DNA from: a virus
Lineage: Duplodnaviria > Caudoviricetes
Length of the DNA stretch: 50,773 nucleotides
Strand: one strand, 5' to 3'
Virus record (IMG/VR): IMGVR_UViG_3300017913_002592
Span: 1 to 50,773 of that record
In this document: one piece after another, positions 16,437 through 24,704 of the stretch
How positions within the stretch are numbered: position 1 is the stretch's first letter
Layout of the letters: each line of letters opens with the position of its first letter
The notes under the pieces: model-generated
What the model saw: the letters and a program-made list of their open reading frames with translations, nothing else
What the model was told of the DNA's origin: nothing
Database searches by the model: none
Position numbers and translations under genes: made by a program

Positions 16437-16600
16437 AAAAGTGGTGGAGAATCTGGGCAAGGAGCCTGGGAGAAAAAGTAAGTAACTCTGCAACGGAGAG
16501 TGATGTGGTGGCGGGCATTAGAACGTTCTGGTGGCTGCTACACGTCATTACTTGCTTCTTTATTATAGCAGGAAATGCTAAATCCCTAGGACTCTGGTAA
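16433..16600 (+). CDS. Small membrane protein
   Basis: GTGA coupling; MKKWWRIWARSLGEK...IRTFWWLLHVITCFFIIAG. Confidence 0.7.
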   Translation: MKKWWRIWARSLGEKVSNSATESDVVAGIRTFWWLLHVITCFFIIAGNAKSLGLW

Positions 16601-16606
16601 TCCTTA

Positions 16607-16626
16607 ACAGGGGTCTCAACGGGGTC
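16607..16626 (+). repeat. 20-bp motif ACAGGGGTCTCAACGGGGTC, exact copy at 20350-20369
   Basis: Direct comparison; related tandem at 42665-42688. Confidence 0.85.
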
Positions 16627-16700
16627 ATAGCAAATAGCAATATAGCAAATCTATTGAACTCTAGAAAAATTCTATTCAACTCTAGAAAAATTCTATCAAA
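16627..16700 (+). repeat. Iteron-like tandem repeats
   Basis: ATAGCAA x3, then 21-bp CTATT(G/C)AACTCTAGAAAAATT x2 plus a partial copy. Confidence 0.8.
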
Positions 16701-16849
16701 ACCATCAGCCCTAACGACAAATTTCCCAAAATCATTAAAAACCCATTAAAGTAGTTATTTTACGATTAAAAGCGGTTCATTCGAAATTGGGCCACGTTGA
16801 GTTGATTATTAAAAGACGAATTTTTAGTACGAATTAGAGGAAAGTTGAG

Positions 16850-17101
16850 GCGGGATCGTTAATGAGTTATTTGATTAACGGGGTCATTAACGATTGGTCG
16901 TAAGTGACACATAATTTGTACGATATTAGAATGAATCGTAGCGTGGTTATCGCTGACTTCTACATATCTTGCAGATATCCCGTGTAACCCAACGCCTTCG
17001 GCTTTAATGCTCCGGCGTTGGTTATGCACACAATAGCTGCATTATGTTTTGTCAGCATCTAGTTAGTGAGAAAAGCGATTGACCTCATTGCTTAACAATT
17101 A
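16850..17101 (-). ncRNA. Candidate leftward structured RNA / origin primer
   Basis: Minus-strand promoter TTTACT-17-TAAAAT (17136-17108); ~105-nt bulged rod 16952-17056; perfect 11-bp inverted repeat 16855-16894. Confidence 0.45.
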
Positions 17102-17236
17102 GTATATATTTTATCACACATTTTGGCATAAGTAAAGTATCTTTTTTGCCTAGGTCATCGAATAGTATTTATTAAAAAAGTTTTAGGAAACAAAAAAATA
17201 TTCTACCATTCCAGGGTAGCATTATGAAAAAACTTC

Positions 17237-17265
17237 TTGACTTTTCGTTTTTACTTTGCTATAAT
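17237..17265 (+). promoter_or_regulatory. Promoter (TTGACT-17-TATAAT)
   Basis: Consensus elements with extended TG. Confidence 0.8.
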
Positions 17266-17290
17266 ATGTTTTAAGAAATGGGAGGTGTAT

Positions 17291-17485
17291 ATGATTGTAA
17301 GACGCGAAAACATTTTCACTGGTGTAGTACGAGCCATAGACATTGATGTAACTTATGAGCAGATTGAACGCTGGCATAATGGTGAGTTGATTCAAGATGT
17401 AATGCCTCATTTGTCAGTAGACGAACGCGAGTTTCTCATCTCTGGTATGATTCCAGAAGAATGGGATGCTTATATTTCAGAATGA
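17291..17485 (+). CDS. Hypothetical protein
   Basis: GGAGGT SD; LIQDVMPHLSVDEREFLISG..PEEWD. Confidence 0.75.
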   Translation: MIVRRENIFTGVVRAIDIDVTYEQIERWHNGELIQDVMPHLSVDEREFLISGMIPEEWDAYISE

Positions 17486-17646
17486 CCTATAAGTATGCAG
17501 TATGGTGCGACTTTGGTTTTGACATTGGACTTCTTAGCGCCTGGGAAGATTATTATGACGCGATTCGAGAGTGTGATAGCTTGAATCGCTACGACAAACA
17601 GTATCTTTATTATATTACCTTAGAAGGAGTAAGAATTTATGGCTAA
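17482..17646 (+). CDS. Hypothetical protein
   Basis: ATGA coupling. Confidence 0.55.
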   Translation: MTYKYAVWCDFGFDIGLLSAWEDYYDAIRECDSLNRYDKQYLYYITLEGVRIYG

Positions 17647-17779
17647 AACACTTATCTACGACCCCGTTCTGACTCGTAAGTTTAAAATGGAAGCGAAGTA
17701 TAAAGGTAAGAAAACTACCTCTCATGGTAGCTATCGTGCAAAGCGTAAGCCGAACTCGCCTCGAGTACGGTCATCATGA
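17639..17779 (+). CDS. 46-aa highly basic protein
   Basis: AAGGAG SD; MAKTLIYDPVLTRKFKMEAKYKGKKTTSHGSYRAKRKPNSPRVRSS. Confidence 0.65.
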   Translation: MAKTLIYDPVLTRKFKMEAKYKGKKTTSHGSYRAKRKPNSPRVRSS

Positions 17780-18054
17780 GTCGCGAAAACCAAGAAAATG
17801 GTTATAGTGAAGCAGCTCACATGAAGCTACATCTCGTTACGATGGAAAACCCAATTAGTGATTTTCGATATGTACTTGGTGTATTCAACACAGCGCGAAA
17901 AGCGGAGGTAGCGGCACAGTACGAACTTCAAAGACGAAGAGCCGTAGGAATGCCAAAGGGACTAACTCCGCGAATTACAAAAGTAGATGTAGATCGAATA
18001 TACTCAGACTTAAATGTCGATGCACTAGAAAAAATGATTGAAAACCGAGCTTAG
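17776..18054 (+). CDS. Hypothetical protein
   Basis: ATGA coupling; followed by hairpin-T terminator. Confidence 0.6.
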   Translation: MSRENQENGYSEAAHMKLHLVTMENPISDFRYVLGVFNTARKAEVAAQYELQRRRAVGMPKGLTPRITKVDVDRIYSDLNVDALEKMIENRA

Positions 18055-18082
18055 TCTCGGTTTTTTACATAGGTAGTAATAT

Positions 18083-18775
18083 ATGAAAACACTACTAATG
18101 AGTGATGTACATATTGGATTTAAATTCTCAAGAGCAAAAGATGCGGCTGACGTACTAGAGAATGAAAAGTTCGATAGACTAATACTTGTTGGTGATATAT
18201 TTGATATTGAAAACATGATGAAGCGAGCATACTGGGACGAGCATCATACCGCATTTCTTAAAAAAGTTCTCAAGCTAGCAAAGAAGATTGAAGTTATTTA
18301 TGTTATCGGTAATCATGATTATCCGTTGTTTCATTTACAGGAGTATACAGGCAAACTCGCCGGTATCAAATTGTGTAGACAGTACGAATATGAGTCTGGG
18401 GAAAAGAAAATAACTTGCGTTCACGGTGACCAGTTTGACTCTGTATCGCACAGGCTACAATCAGTCGGCGACTTCTTTTATAATCTACTTTTACACTTAA
18501 ACACCTTCGTCGCTAGAATTCAAAAACTGTTTGGCATGAAATACTGGTCATTGAGCAAGTGGTGTAAGGATAAAGTTAAGAACACCATTAACAAAGCATT
18601 TTCAATTGATGACAAGTTGAGGCATCTAAACAATAGTGATGTTGTGGTGTACGGCCATACTCATATGCCTTATGTCTCTGATGATTTAGTTAATACAGGT
18701 ACGTTTGTTGAAATAGCAACGTATGTCATTGAAAAAGACGGCGTATTTACGCTGCAGGATTTAGACAAATGTTAA
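18083..18775 (+). CDS. Calcineurin-like metallophosphoesterase (LpxH-like family)
   Basis: SDVH, VGDIFD, GNHD, HGD and GHTH motifs. Confidence 0.85.
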   Translation: MKTLLMSDVHIGFKFSRAKDAADVLENEKFDRLILVGDIFDIENMMKRAYWDEHHTAFLKKVLKLAKKIEVIYVIGNHDYPLFHLQEYTGKLAGIKLCRQYEYESGEKKITCVHGDQFDSVSHRLQSVGDFFYNLLLHLNTFVARIQKLFGMKYWSLSKWCKDKVKNTINKAFSIDDKLRHLNNSDVVVYGHTHMPYVSDDLVNTGTFVEIATYVIEKDGVFTLQDLDKC

Positions 18776-18789
18776 AAAGTTTCGCATAA

Positions 18790-18814
18790 GAAGAAGGGGC
18801 TAACGCCCCTTTTT
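18790..18814. terminator. Bidirectional terminator between convergent genes
   Basis: aagaaGGGGC-taac-GCCCCttttt. Confidence 0.8.
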
Positions 18815-18815
18815 A

Positions 18816-20435
18816 TTAGAACAAACAAATATCTTGTTCTTCTAGTTCTAGTTCTACTGGAGTAGAGAATTGAATACCGTGCTCCATTTCATGTAACTGA
18901 CTGATTATCCAACGAGTACGAAGTATACTTTCTGCATTATTTGTAGGAGGGGGTCGCTGCTCTATAGGTTCTAAACAGAAACATCCACCCACCGTCCCAA
19001 GGCGTACAGACTGGCCAGTTTCCGGTATTTCACATCGTGCGTTGTAATCCGAAAATCTTCCTGTGGGTAAGTCTGCATACGACATGATGCTTCCGTATCC
19101 TCCCCACAATCCTTCGTAGTTTTCGTTGTCTGACTGGGGGTTATAGCCTGATAAGTTATACCCGAATGAGTATTCAAAGATACCAGGTTGATTCGCGTCT
19201 CTGTACTCATGTTGTGCCCCTAGTAGGTGACCTACTTCATGTGCAAATGTTTCATGTGCACGTTGGTAATATCTCGTAGTTGCATTCTCTTGGAAAGTGC
19301 TATTATGAAAACACTGAGTAATTCCTCTTGTTTTATCAATTCCTCGTGTTGCATCTAAGTTTGCAACTCCACAAGCAATAGGCTCTTCTGGCTTCTTCTT
19401 AAATAGAAAAGCTAAATCTGCTTCAGCTTCTCTTTGCCAATCATCTAATCCAGTAAATTCATATCTAGCATTAAAAAATGCAGCATATTGTCTGTATAAA
19501 TCTCCTGGAGCTACATCTACCATTTTGATACCCGCCACTCTAACCAAGGTATAAGTACCCGATAGCATATACATATGGTTTAATTCAAATACTTGCTTAT
19601 TTACAAACTCTTCAACTGTCATACCATCACGATCTTCCTCAGTAATATTTGTATCGAACACAATAAGCATATCTATGATAGCTCTTCCTGCGTGTTCTTC
19701 TCGAGGTTGATACGGAAAACTAACAGGGGTTCTTTGTTTTACACCATCACAGGTCATGTAATCATATCTAGAATCCCCAGTATCGGTTCTAGTAGTTGGG
19801 CACTCCTGGGGTATGGTCATTTGCGTAAAACAAGTTTGATCTAGGTGCACAGTACGTTCAGTATATGTACCACCCTCCCCATCTGCATAGTCCTGTAACC
19901 TATCTTCGGGCAGTAGGTGATTTATAGCTTCAAAATGAGAATCGTATTCTTCTGGCGTGAGTGTATCAGCACAGTATGCTTCGCCTAGAGCAGTGCCTTC
20001 TTCAGGATACGGTCTCCAACCACAGTCTTCTGAATTAGTTTCTACTATCTCGGTATACTCCCCGCCTTCACCGTCAGCAAAGTCTTGAACCTTATCAAAG
20101 TCGTCCAGGTTATTTAAAGTATTAAGTAGATTTAAAAATTGGCCCTGAGTAGCATTTGCACAATATGGATCGTTGAGAGGGGTGCTAAAGACAGGAGGGG
20201 GCTCATAGCCACACTGCTCGGAAGGATCCTCTACTGTTTCAGTGTAGGTTCCACCACTGCCATTGTGGTAGTTTTGAAGAAGGGCATATCCATCGCAGTA
20301 GGTAGCACCATCAGTGGTGCCAGATGCAGGATAAGAGGAGGTAGCTGTTACAGGGGTCTCAACGGGGTCGGAAGATCCTCCCCCGCTGCACGCAGTTAAT
20401 ACTAGAAAGGGTAGTGCTCTATAAAATATCTTCAA
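18816..20435 (-). CDS. Lipoprotein metzincin (reprolysin/M12B-like) metalloprotease
   Basis: Lipobox LVLTA-C, HEVGHLLGAQH zinc motif, SIMSY Met-turn, three Cys-containing N-terminal repeats. Confidence 0.8.
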   Translation of the reverse strand: MKIFYRALPFLVLTACSGGGSSDPVETPVTATSSYPASGTTDGATYCDGYALLQNYHNGSGGTYTETVEDPSEQCGYEPPPVFSTPLNDPYCANATQGQFLNLLNTLNNLDDFDKVQDFADGEGGEYTEIVETNSEDCGWRPYPEEGTALGEAYCADTLTPEEYDSHFEAINHLLPEDRLQDYADGEGGTYTERTVHLDQTCFTQMTIPQECPTTRTDTGDSRYDYMTCDGVKQRTPVSFPYQPREEHAGRAIIDMLIVFDTNITEEDRDGMTVEEFVNKQVFELNHMYMLSGTYTLVRVAGIKMVDVAPGDLYRQYAAFFNARYEFTGLDDWQREAEADLAFLFKKKPEEPIACGVANLDATRGIDKTRGITQCFHNSTFQENATTRYYQRAHETFAHEVGHLLGAQHEYRDANQPGIFEYSFGYNLSGYNPQSDNENYEGLWGGYGSIMSYADLPTGRFSDYNARCEIPETGQSVRLGTVGGCFCLEPIEQRPPPTNNAESILRTRWIISQLHEMEHGIQFSTPVELELEEQDICLF

Positions 20436-20595
20436 TGGAAAGTACCGTGGACTTAATTACGTCCACAAGCTGCATTCCAGATTGCACAACATATCTTTCA
20501 GATTGTGGATTATTAAGTTCTTTGGGAAGTGTCCCAATTATTGTTAATTTTTCCCCTGTTCTGTAGTGTTTAAATACTATGCGTTTCTTGTTCAT
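20419..20595 (-). CDS. Hypothetical protein (58 aa)
   Basis: ATGA-coupled; MNKKRIVFKHYRTGEKLTIIG... Confidence 0.6.
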   Translation of the reverse strand: MNKKRIVFKHYRTGEKLTIIGTLPKELNNPQSERYVVQSGMQLVDVIKSTVLSIEDIL

Positions 20596-20975
20596 ACACC
20601 CAAGATATCACTAAAGTCTGGAGCAAAAAAGTTCTCACTCTTCATTACTTTACCATCTTCACGATAAATTGCTTTACCGTCCGGACCGAGTTTACTCATA
20701 TTACTTTCATGCACTTCGAGGAAGCACTCATTCAAGTCAATACCAAACGCGTGGCCTGCACCGTATATGACATACAAAAGATCGGTCAGAGCGTCTGCGA
20801 CCTCAACCATATCTTTATTCTCAATCGCTTCTTCCAATTCTTCGTACTCTTCACGAATCAGTTCCAAGCGTAGTTCTCTTGTGGAGAAGTCAGGCCAATG
20901 GGGGTCACAATGGACCTCTTGTCCAAAACCTTCCATAAAATCTCCTACAAGTTCGAAATTACTTACACTTGCCAT
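20592..20975 (-). CDS. MazG-like all-alpha NTP pyrophosphohydrolase
   Basis: LIREEYEELEEA...EVADALTDLLYV.YG...EVHESNMSK...DGKVMK. Confidence 0.85.
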   Translation of the reverse strand: MASVSNFELVGDFMEGFGQEVHCDPHWPDFSTRELRLELIREEYEELEEAIENKDMVEVADALTDLLYVIYGAGHAFGIDLNECFLEVHESNMSKLGPDGKAIYREDGKVMKSENFFAPDFSDILGV

Positions 20976-21162
20976 GCTTTGTTTGCTCCTTTTGCATACG
21001 CCGACGTTCTCGTTGTTTCGCGGCTTTCTTGGCTTTATGCCTTCGCACTGCGGGTTTTTCAAAGTATTCACGCTCACGATATTCAAAAACTACATCGCTG
21101 CACTTCTTTTTGAAAACTCTCAGTGCTTTGTCAACATTATTATTTCTAACTCTTACTTTCAT
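20959..21162 (-). CDS. rpsU: Ribosomal protein bS21
   Basis: VRNNNVDKALRVFKKK...REREYFEKPAVRR..KKAA..R. Confidence 0.9.
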   Translation of the reverse strand: MKVRVRNNNVDKALRVFKKKCSDVVFEYREREYFEKPAVRRHKAKKAAKQRERRRMQKEQTKHGKCK

Positions 21163-21338
21163 TTTTCTTTTTTAAAATACCAACCCCGTTTACGAAGGTA
21201 GGTGACTTGTTTTCGAATTGAATTTGGACTACGGCCAGGCAGAATCTCAAGCAAATGCTCCATACTCAGAGTATAATAATAATCCCGAAGAATATGGCGT
21301 TCGGAATCTGACCAAGGCTGTTTGTCGTATTTTTTCAT
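21159..21338 (-). CDS. Small Myb/SANT-like HTH protein
   Basis: MKKYDKQPWSDSERHILRDYY...LPGRSPNSIRKQVTYLRKRG; resembles the D5 repeat units. Confidence 0.7.
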   Translation of the reverse strand: MKKYDKQPWSDSERHILRDYYYTLSMEHLLEILPGRSPNSIRKQVTYLRKRGWYFKKEK

Positions 21339-21345
21339 AGGATAT

Positions 21346-21446
21346 ATTATACGAAAAAATCAGTTGAATGTCAAGTACTTTTTTTGACGTATGTTCCTAA
21401 CAACCAAAAAATTTTTCTTGACTTTCATACTTATATTTGATATAAT
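21346..21446. promoter_or_regulatory. Divergent promoter pair
   Basis: Minus TTGACA-17-TATAAT (21374-21346); plus TTGACT-17-TATAAT (21418-21446). Confidence 0.85.
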
Positions 21447-21501
21447 TTGTGGGAAAATAAAGTTTAGCTTAATAAACTAAGTAAAAAATGGAGATAAGCC
21501 C

Positions 21502-21651
21502 TTGGATACAAATGTTGTTATATTTATCTTCTGCCTCATTGGGTGCGGAATACACTGTTGGAGGCTGGGTAAAATGGAAGGTATTGAAGGGACAGTTAAG
21601 TACTTCATAGACCAAGGATACATTGAGGTAGAAGAGCCAGATGTGGAATAA
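21502..21651 (+). CDS. Small membrane-anchored protein
   Basis: GGAG SD, TTG start; MDTNVVIFIFCLIGCGIHCWRLGKMEGIEGTV... Confidence 0.55.
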   Translation: MDTNVVIFIFCLIGCGIHCWRLGKMEGIEGTVKYFIDQGYIEVEEPDVE

Positions 21652-21892
21652 GATTAAAAATTGGTGGCTTACTTTTATCAAAGAGGAGTATGAGCTAACT
21701 ATTTTCTTTCCTGGCAAAACAGAAATTCTCGGGGATGGTACTCGTGTAACGAGTGGCAATCCTAAAACCTACAGAGCAGGTGTTATCAAGAAAGTCACCC
21801 CAACTCATTTTATATTTGTTGATCTCGACGGGCGAAAGCACGAGATCAAAGTTGTAGACCCTGTAGGTTACAATCTTAAAAAGATTTATTAA
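21641..21892 (+). CDS. Hypothetical protein
   Basis: 83-aa ORF in the operon. Confidence 0.65.
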   Translation: MWNKIKNWWLTFIKEEYELTIFFPGKTEILGDGTRVTSGNPKTYRAGVIKKVTPTHFIFVDLDGRKHEIKVVDPVGYNLKKIY

Positions 21893-21977
21893 GAGACCAT
21901 CTCTATAACTGGAATTTAATCAACCAGACGCCGAAAGGGTCTAATAGCGTACCGAAATGGGCGCATAGGAGAAAACT

Positions 21978-22211
21978 ATGAAATATCTAGTAGCAGGCTT
22001 ATGCCTGATGTTTGGTACATCTGCGCTGGCAGATGACAATTATGACAGTCATTATAGTATTTGTAAAGCTCAGGCAAAGATTCAGTATGGAGTTGACGCC
22101 ATTATCAAGCTGCATAAAATCAATCGTGATTCTGTCGAGTTAGTTGTCATCAAAGACGGCGAGACTATTGTTAGCTGTGATCGAGCGACTCTTGCTCTGT
22201 CAGAAGTTTAA
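21978..22211 (+). CDS. Small secreted protein with two Cys
   Basis: AGGAG SD; signal peptide ending ALA. Confidence 0.7.
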   Translation: MKYLVAGLCLMFGTSALADDNYDSHYSICKAQAKIQYGVDAIIKLHKINRDSVELVVIKDGETIVSCDRATLALSEV

Positions 22212-22231
22212 TAATAGACTGGGGGGCAGAC

Positions 22232-22654
22232 ATGACTAAGCAAATGATGAATATTAGTGACTTTCATAAATTCTTTTTGGGATTCGATCGCATTGATCCC
22301 GATTTCTTCTCAAATGCTCCGCTAGCGGGGTATCCTCGATACAATGTGCTGAAGGTAGGAGATGATGGCTATCGTGTAGAAGTCGCAGTTCCTGGCTGGG
22401 AAAAGGATGATATTGAAATCACCTTGCACAAATCCGAACTTCGTATCGAAGGAAAACAAAAACAAGAAGTAGAAGACGACGAAGAATTTATTTATAAAGG
22501 ACTAAGTGGTAAGACTTTTACGCGAGTATTTAAAGTCGGACCCAACATTAAACTGGATGGGGCGTTTATGAAAAACGGTCTGTTGTGCATTGAGTTGCAT
22601 GATGAAGTACCGGAGACTCAGAAACCGAGAGTTGTAGAGATTTATGACGCGTAA
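22232..22654 (+). CDS. hsp20: Small heat-shock protein (Hsp20/IbpA family)
   Basis: YPRYNV...YRVEVAVPG...F.R.F...NGLL.IEL..EVPE..KPR. Confidence 0.92.
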   Translation: MTKQMMNISDFHKFFLGFDRIDPDFFSNAPLAGYPRYNVLKVGDDGYRVEVAVPGWEKDDIEITLHKSELRIEGKQKQEVEDDEEFIYKGLSGKTFTRVFKVGPNIKLDGAFMKNGLLCIELHDEVPETQKPRVVEIYDA

Positions 22655-22748
22655 GCCCCTCTATCGTCCTTTAAACACTTATGGAATTTATCTATTAAGT
22701 TTATGGACAGCAATCACGATTACACTGTGTTTAATGTCACTAGCATAA
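22644..22748 (+). CDS. 34-aa TM peptide
   Basis: MTRKPLYRPLNTYGIYLLSLWTAITITLCLMSLA. Confidence 0.45.
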   Translation: MTRKPLYRPLNTYGIYLLSLWTAITITLCLMSLA

Positions 22749-22755
22749 CTAATCC

Positions 22756-22782
22756 CCGCCTGATTTCTCAGGCGGGCTTTTG
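22756..22782 (+). terminator. Intrinsic terminator
   Basis: CCCGCCTGA-tttc-TCAGGCGGG plus T-tract. Confidence 0.85.
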
Positions 22783-22790
22783 AGAACAAT

Positions 22791-23174
22791 ATGCCATACC
22801 TAATGATTTTATTGTTGATAGGTTCAATGGGCAGTGGAGCATTGTGGTATTATAAAGATACACAATCTACCATTGCAACTTTGCGAGAAAATAACTCTAA
22901 ACTTATGATCGCAGCAAAAACAAATCAAGAAACTATCAACTCAATGGCTCGTGACTATGCACTCGCACAAGAAAATATCTTAGTATTGCAAAAGCGAGCA
23001 AAAGAAGCAGAAGCGTATCAAGACGAGCTTTCTGCTAAACTACGACGACACGACCTCACTGCTCTTACATTACAGAAGCCAGGTCTTATTGAAAAGAGAG
23101 TAAATAATGCTACAGCTAAAATCTTTGATGAGCTCGAAATTGATTCTGGTAAGCAGCCTCCTGCTACTGACTAG
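22791..23174 (+). CDS. Inner-membrane spanin (Rz-like)
   Basis: N-terminal TM and coiled coil; overlaps a lipoprotein gene upstream of the endolysin. Confidence 0.7.
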   Translation: MPYLMILLLIGSMGSGALWYYKDTQSTIATLRENNSKLMIAAKTNQETINSMARDYALAQENILVLQKRAKEAEAYQDELSAKLRRHDLTALTLQKPGLIEKRVNNATAKIFDELEIDSGKQPPATD

Positions 23175-23544
23175 TGGGTGCACAAGTGTCGAACCCCAGG
23201 TAGTACTAAAAACAGATTATGTGGTAAAGGATATTCCAATTCAGCCACGACCAAAACCTCTTAATCTGCATAGAGTCAAGTGGTATGCAGTTACTCCAGA
23301 AAACATGGAAGAGTTTCTTACTCGATTCGAAGAAGAGTCAGGAATCAACGTATTTTTTGCAGTAAGTGTACCAGATTATGAAAATATGTCTTTGAATGTA
23401 GCAGAGCTACGAAGATATATTAACCAGCAGAAAGCTCTTATTGTATACTACGAAGAAAGTATTGAAACAATGATTAAAGAAACTCCGGAAGATACCGAGG
23501 AAGTAGTACAAGAAGGAACAATTAATAAATTGCTGGATTGGTAA
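23128..23544 (+). CDS. Outer-membrane spanin (Rz1-like lipoprotein)
   Basis: Lipobox LLTSG-C; Pro-rich segment. Confidence 0.7.
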   Translation: MSSKLILVSSLLLLTSGCTSVEPQVVLKTDYVVKDIPIQPRPKPLNLHRVKWYAVTPENMEEFLTRFEEESGINVFFAVSVPDYENMSLNVAELRRYINQQKALIVYYEESIETMIKETPEDTEEVVQEGTINKLLDW

Positions 23545-23606
23545 TGAAAAGGTAAGAATGGTAGTTCTTCCGGACGCTGAAAAGTGTAAATTTTTGGAGA
23601 AATACA

Positions 23607-24047
23607 ATGGATTTAAAGAAGCTGTACGAGGAGATCAAGGCAGATGAAGGTGAAATCCTTGAAATCTATAAAGACCATTTGGGTTATGAAACTTTTGGTA
23701 TAGGGCATTTAGTAGTTGAAGCCGATCCAGAACATGGACAGCCAGTAGGTACTCCAGTATCTGTAGAGCGAGTTCGAGAAGTGTTCGATAAAGATATTCA
23801 AACTTCTATTAACTACTGTGAGTCTCTCTTTGGTCAATGGCACAACTGGCCCGAAGAAGTACAGCTCATCATGGTCAATATGATGTTCAACATGGGGCCA
23901 ACTCGTATGGCAAAGTTTAAGAATATGATAGGAGCCCTTTCCGTAAGAGACTGGAAGCAAGCTGCTTTAGAGGGGCGAGACTCTTTATGGTATCGTCAAG
24001 TCACAAATCGAGCAGAAAGACTTATGACTCGATTGGAGAATGTCTAA
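23607..24047 (+). CDS. Endolysin, T4-lysozyme-like
   Basis: DEG....YKDHLGYETFGIGHL; NMMFNMG; DSLWYRQVTNRAERL. Confidence 0.9.
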   Translation: MDLKKLYEEIKADEGEILEIYKDHLGYETFGIGHLVVEADPEHGQPVGTPVSVERVREVFDKDIQTSINYCESLFGQWHNWPEEVQLIMVNMMFNMGPTRMAKFKNMIGALSVRDWKQAALEGRDSLWYRQVTNRAERLMTRLENV

Positions 24048-24055
24048 AATAAATC

Positions 24056-24084
24056 TTGACAAACTGCTTCGAATTTAGTATAAT
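24056..24084 (+). promoter_or_regulatory. Consensus promoter
   Basis: TTGACA-17-TATAAT. Confidence 0.85.
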
Positions 24085-24107
24085 ATATAAAATTATTCGG
24101 AGTACCT

Positions 24108-24704
24108 ATGAACTTATTTTACCTCGACGACGACCTCGACAAGTGTGCAGAAGCTCACGTCGATAAACACATCGTCAAAATGCCCTTGGAAGTAGCCCAG
24201 ATACTATGCACTTGTATCTGGATAGATAAAGTCCTGGGGTTTGTTCCTCGCGCTCTCACCAAAGAAGAGAATGCTATTCTGAATGAAGCGAAAGCTCCAG
24301 AGAAGCCTCTCAAGCCAGAAGAGCGTACTGTTACTCCCTACCTACCGATGATGTATAATCATCCATGCACAATTTGGGCACGCAGTTCACTTGATAACTT
24401 CGAGTGGACCCATTGTTATGGAAACGCACTGGGCGAGGAGTATCGTTACCGATATGGAAAACAACACAAATCAGTTACAGTCATTAATGAGCTACCAGAG
24501 CCTCAACGAATGGAGAGGCTTGGATTCACGACTTTCGGATTGGCAATGCCGGATGTACTCAAAGACTATGATAATCCTATACAGTCTTATCGTGACTATT
24601 ATCATCTCGATAAGGCTACTTTTGCCGTTTGGTCTCACAGACCAAAACCCAGTTGGTGGTATGATGAACTCGCAGACTATGAGAAGAGGATTACAGCGAA
24701 ATGA
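24108..24704 (+). CDS. Pyrimidine-dimer DNA glycosylase / endonuclease V-like family protein
   Basis: MNLFYLD...DKHIVKMPLEVAQIL...NHPCTIWAR...EYRYRYGKQH...AMPD...YRDYY. Confidence 0.75.
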   Translation: MNLFYLDDDLDKCAEAHVDKHIVKMPLEVAQILCTCIWIDKVLGFVPRALTKEENAILNEAKAPEKPLKPEERTVTPYLPMMYNHPCTIWARSSLDNFEWTHCYGNALGEEYRYRYGKQHKSVTVINELPEPQRMERLGFTTFGLAMPDVLKDYDNPIQSYRDYYHLDKATFAVWSHRPKPSWWYDELADYEKRITAK

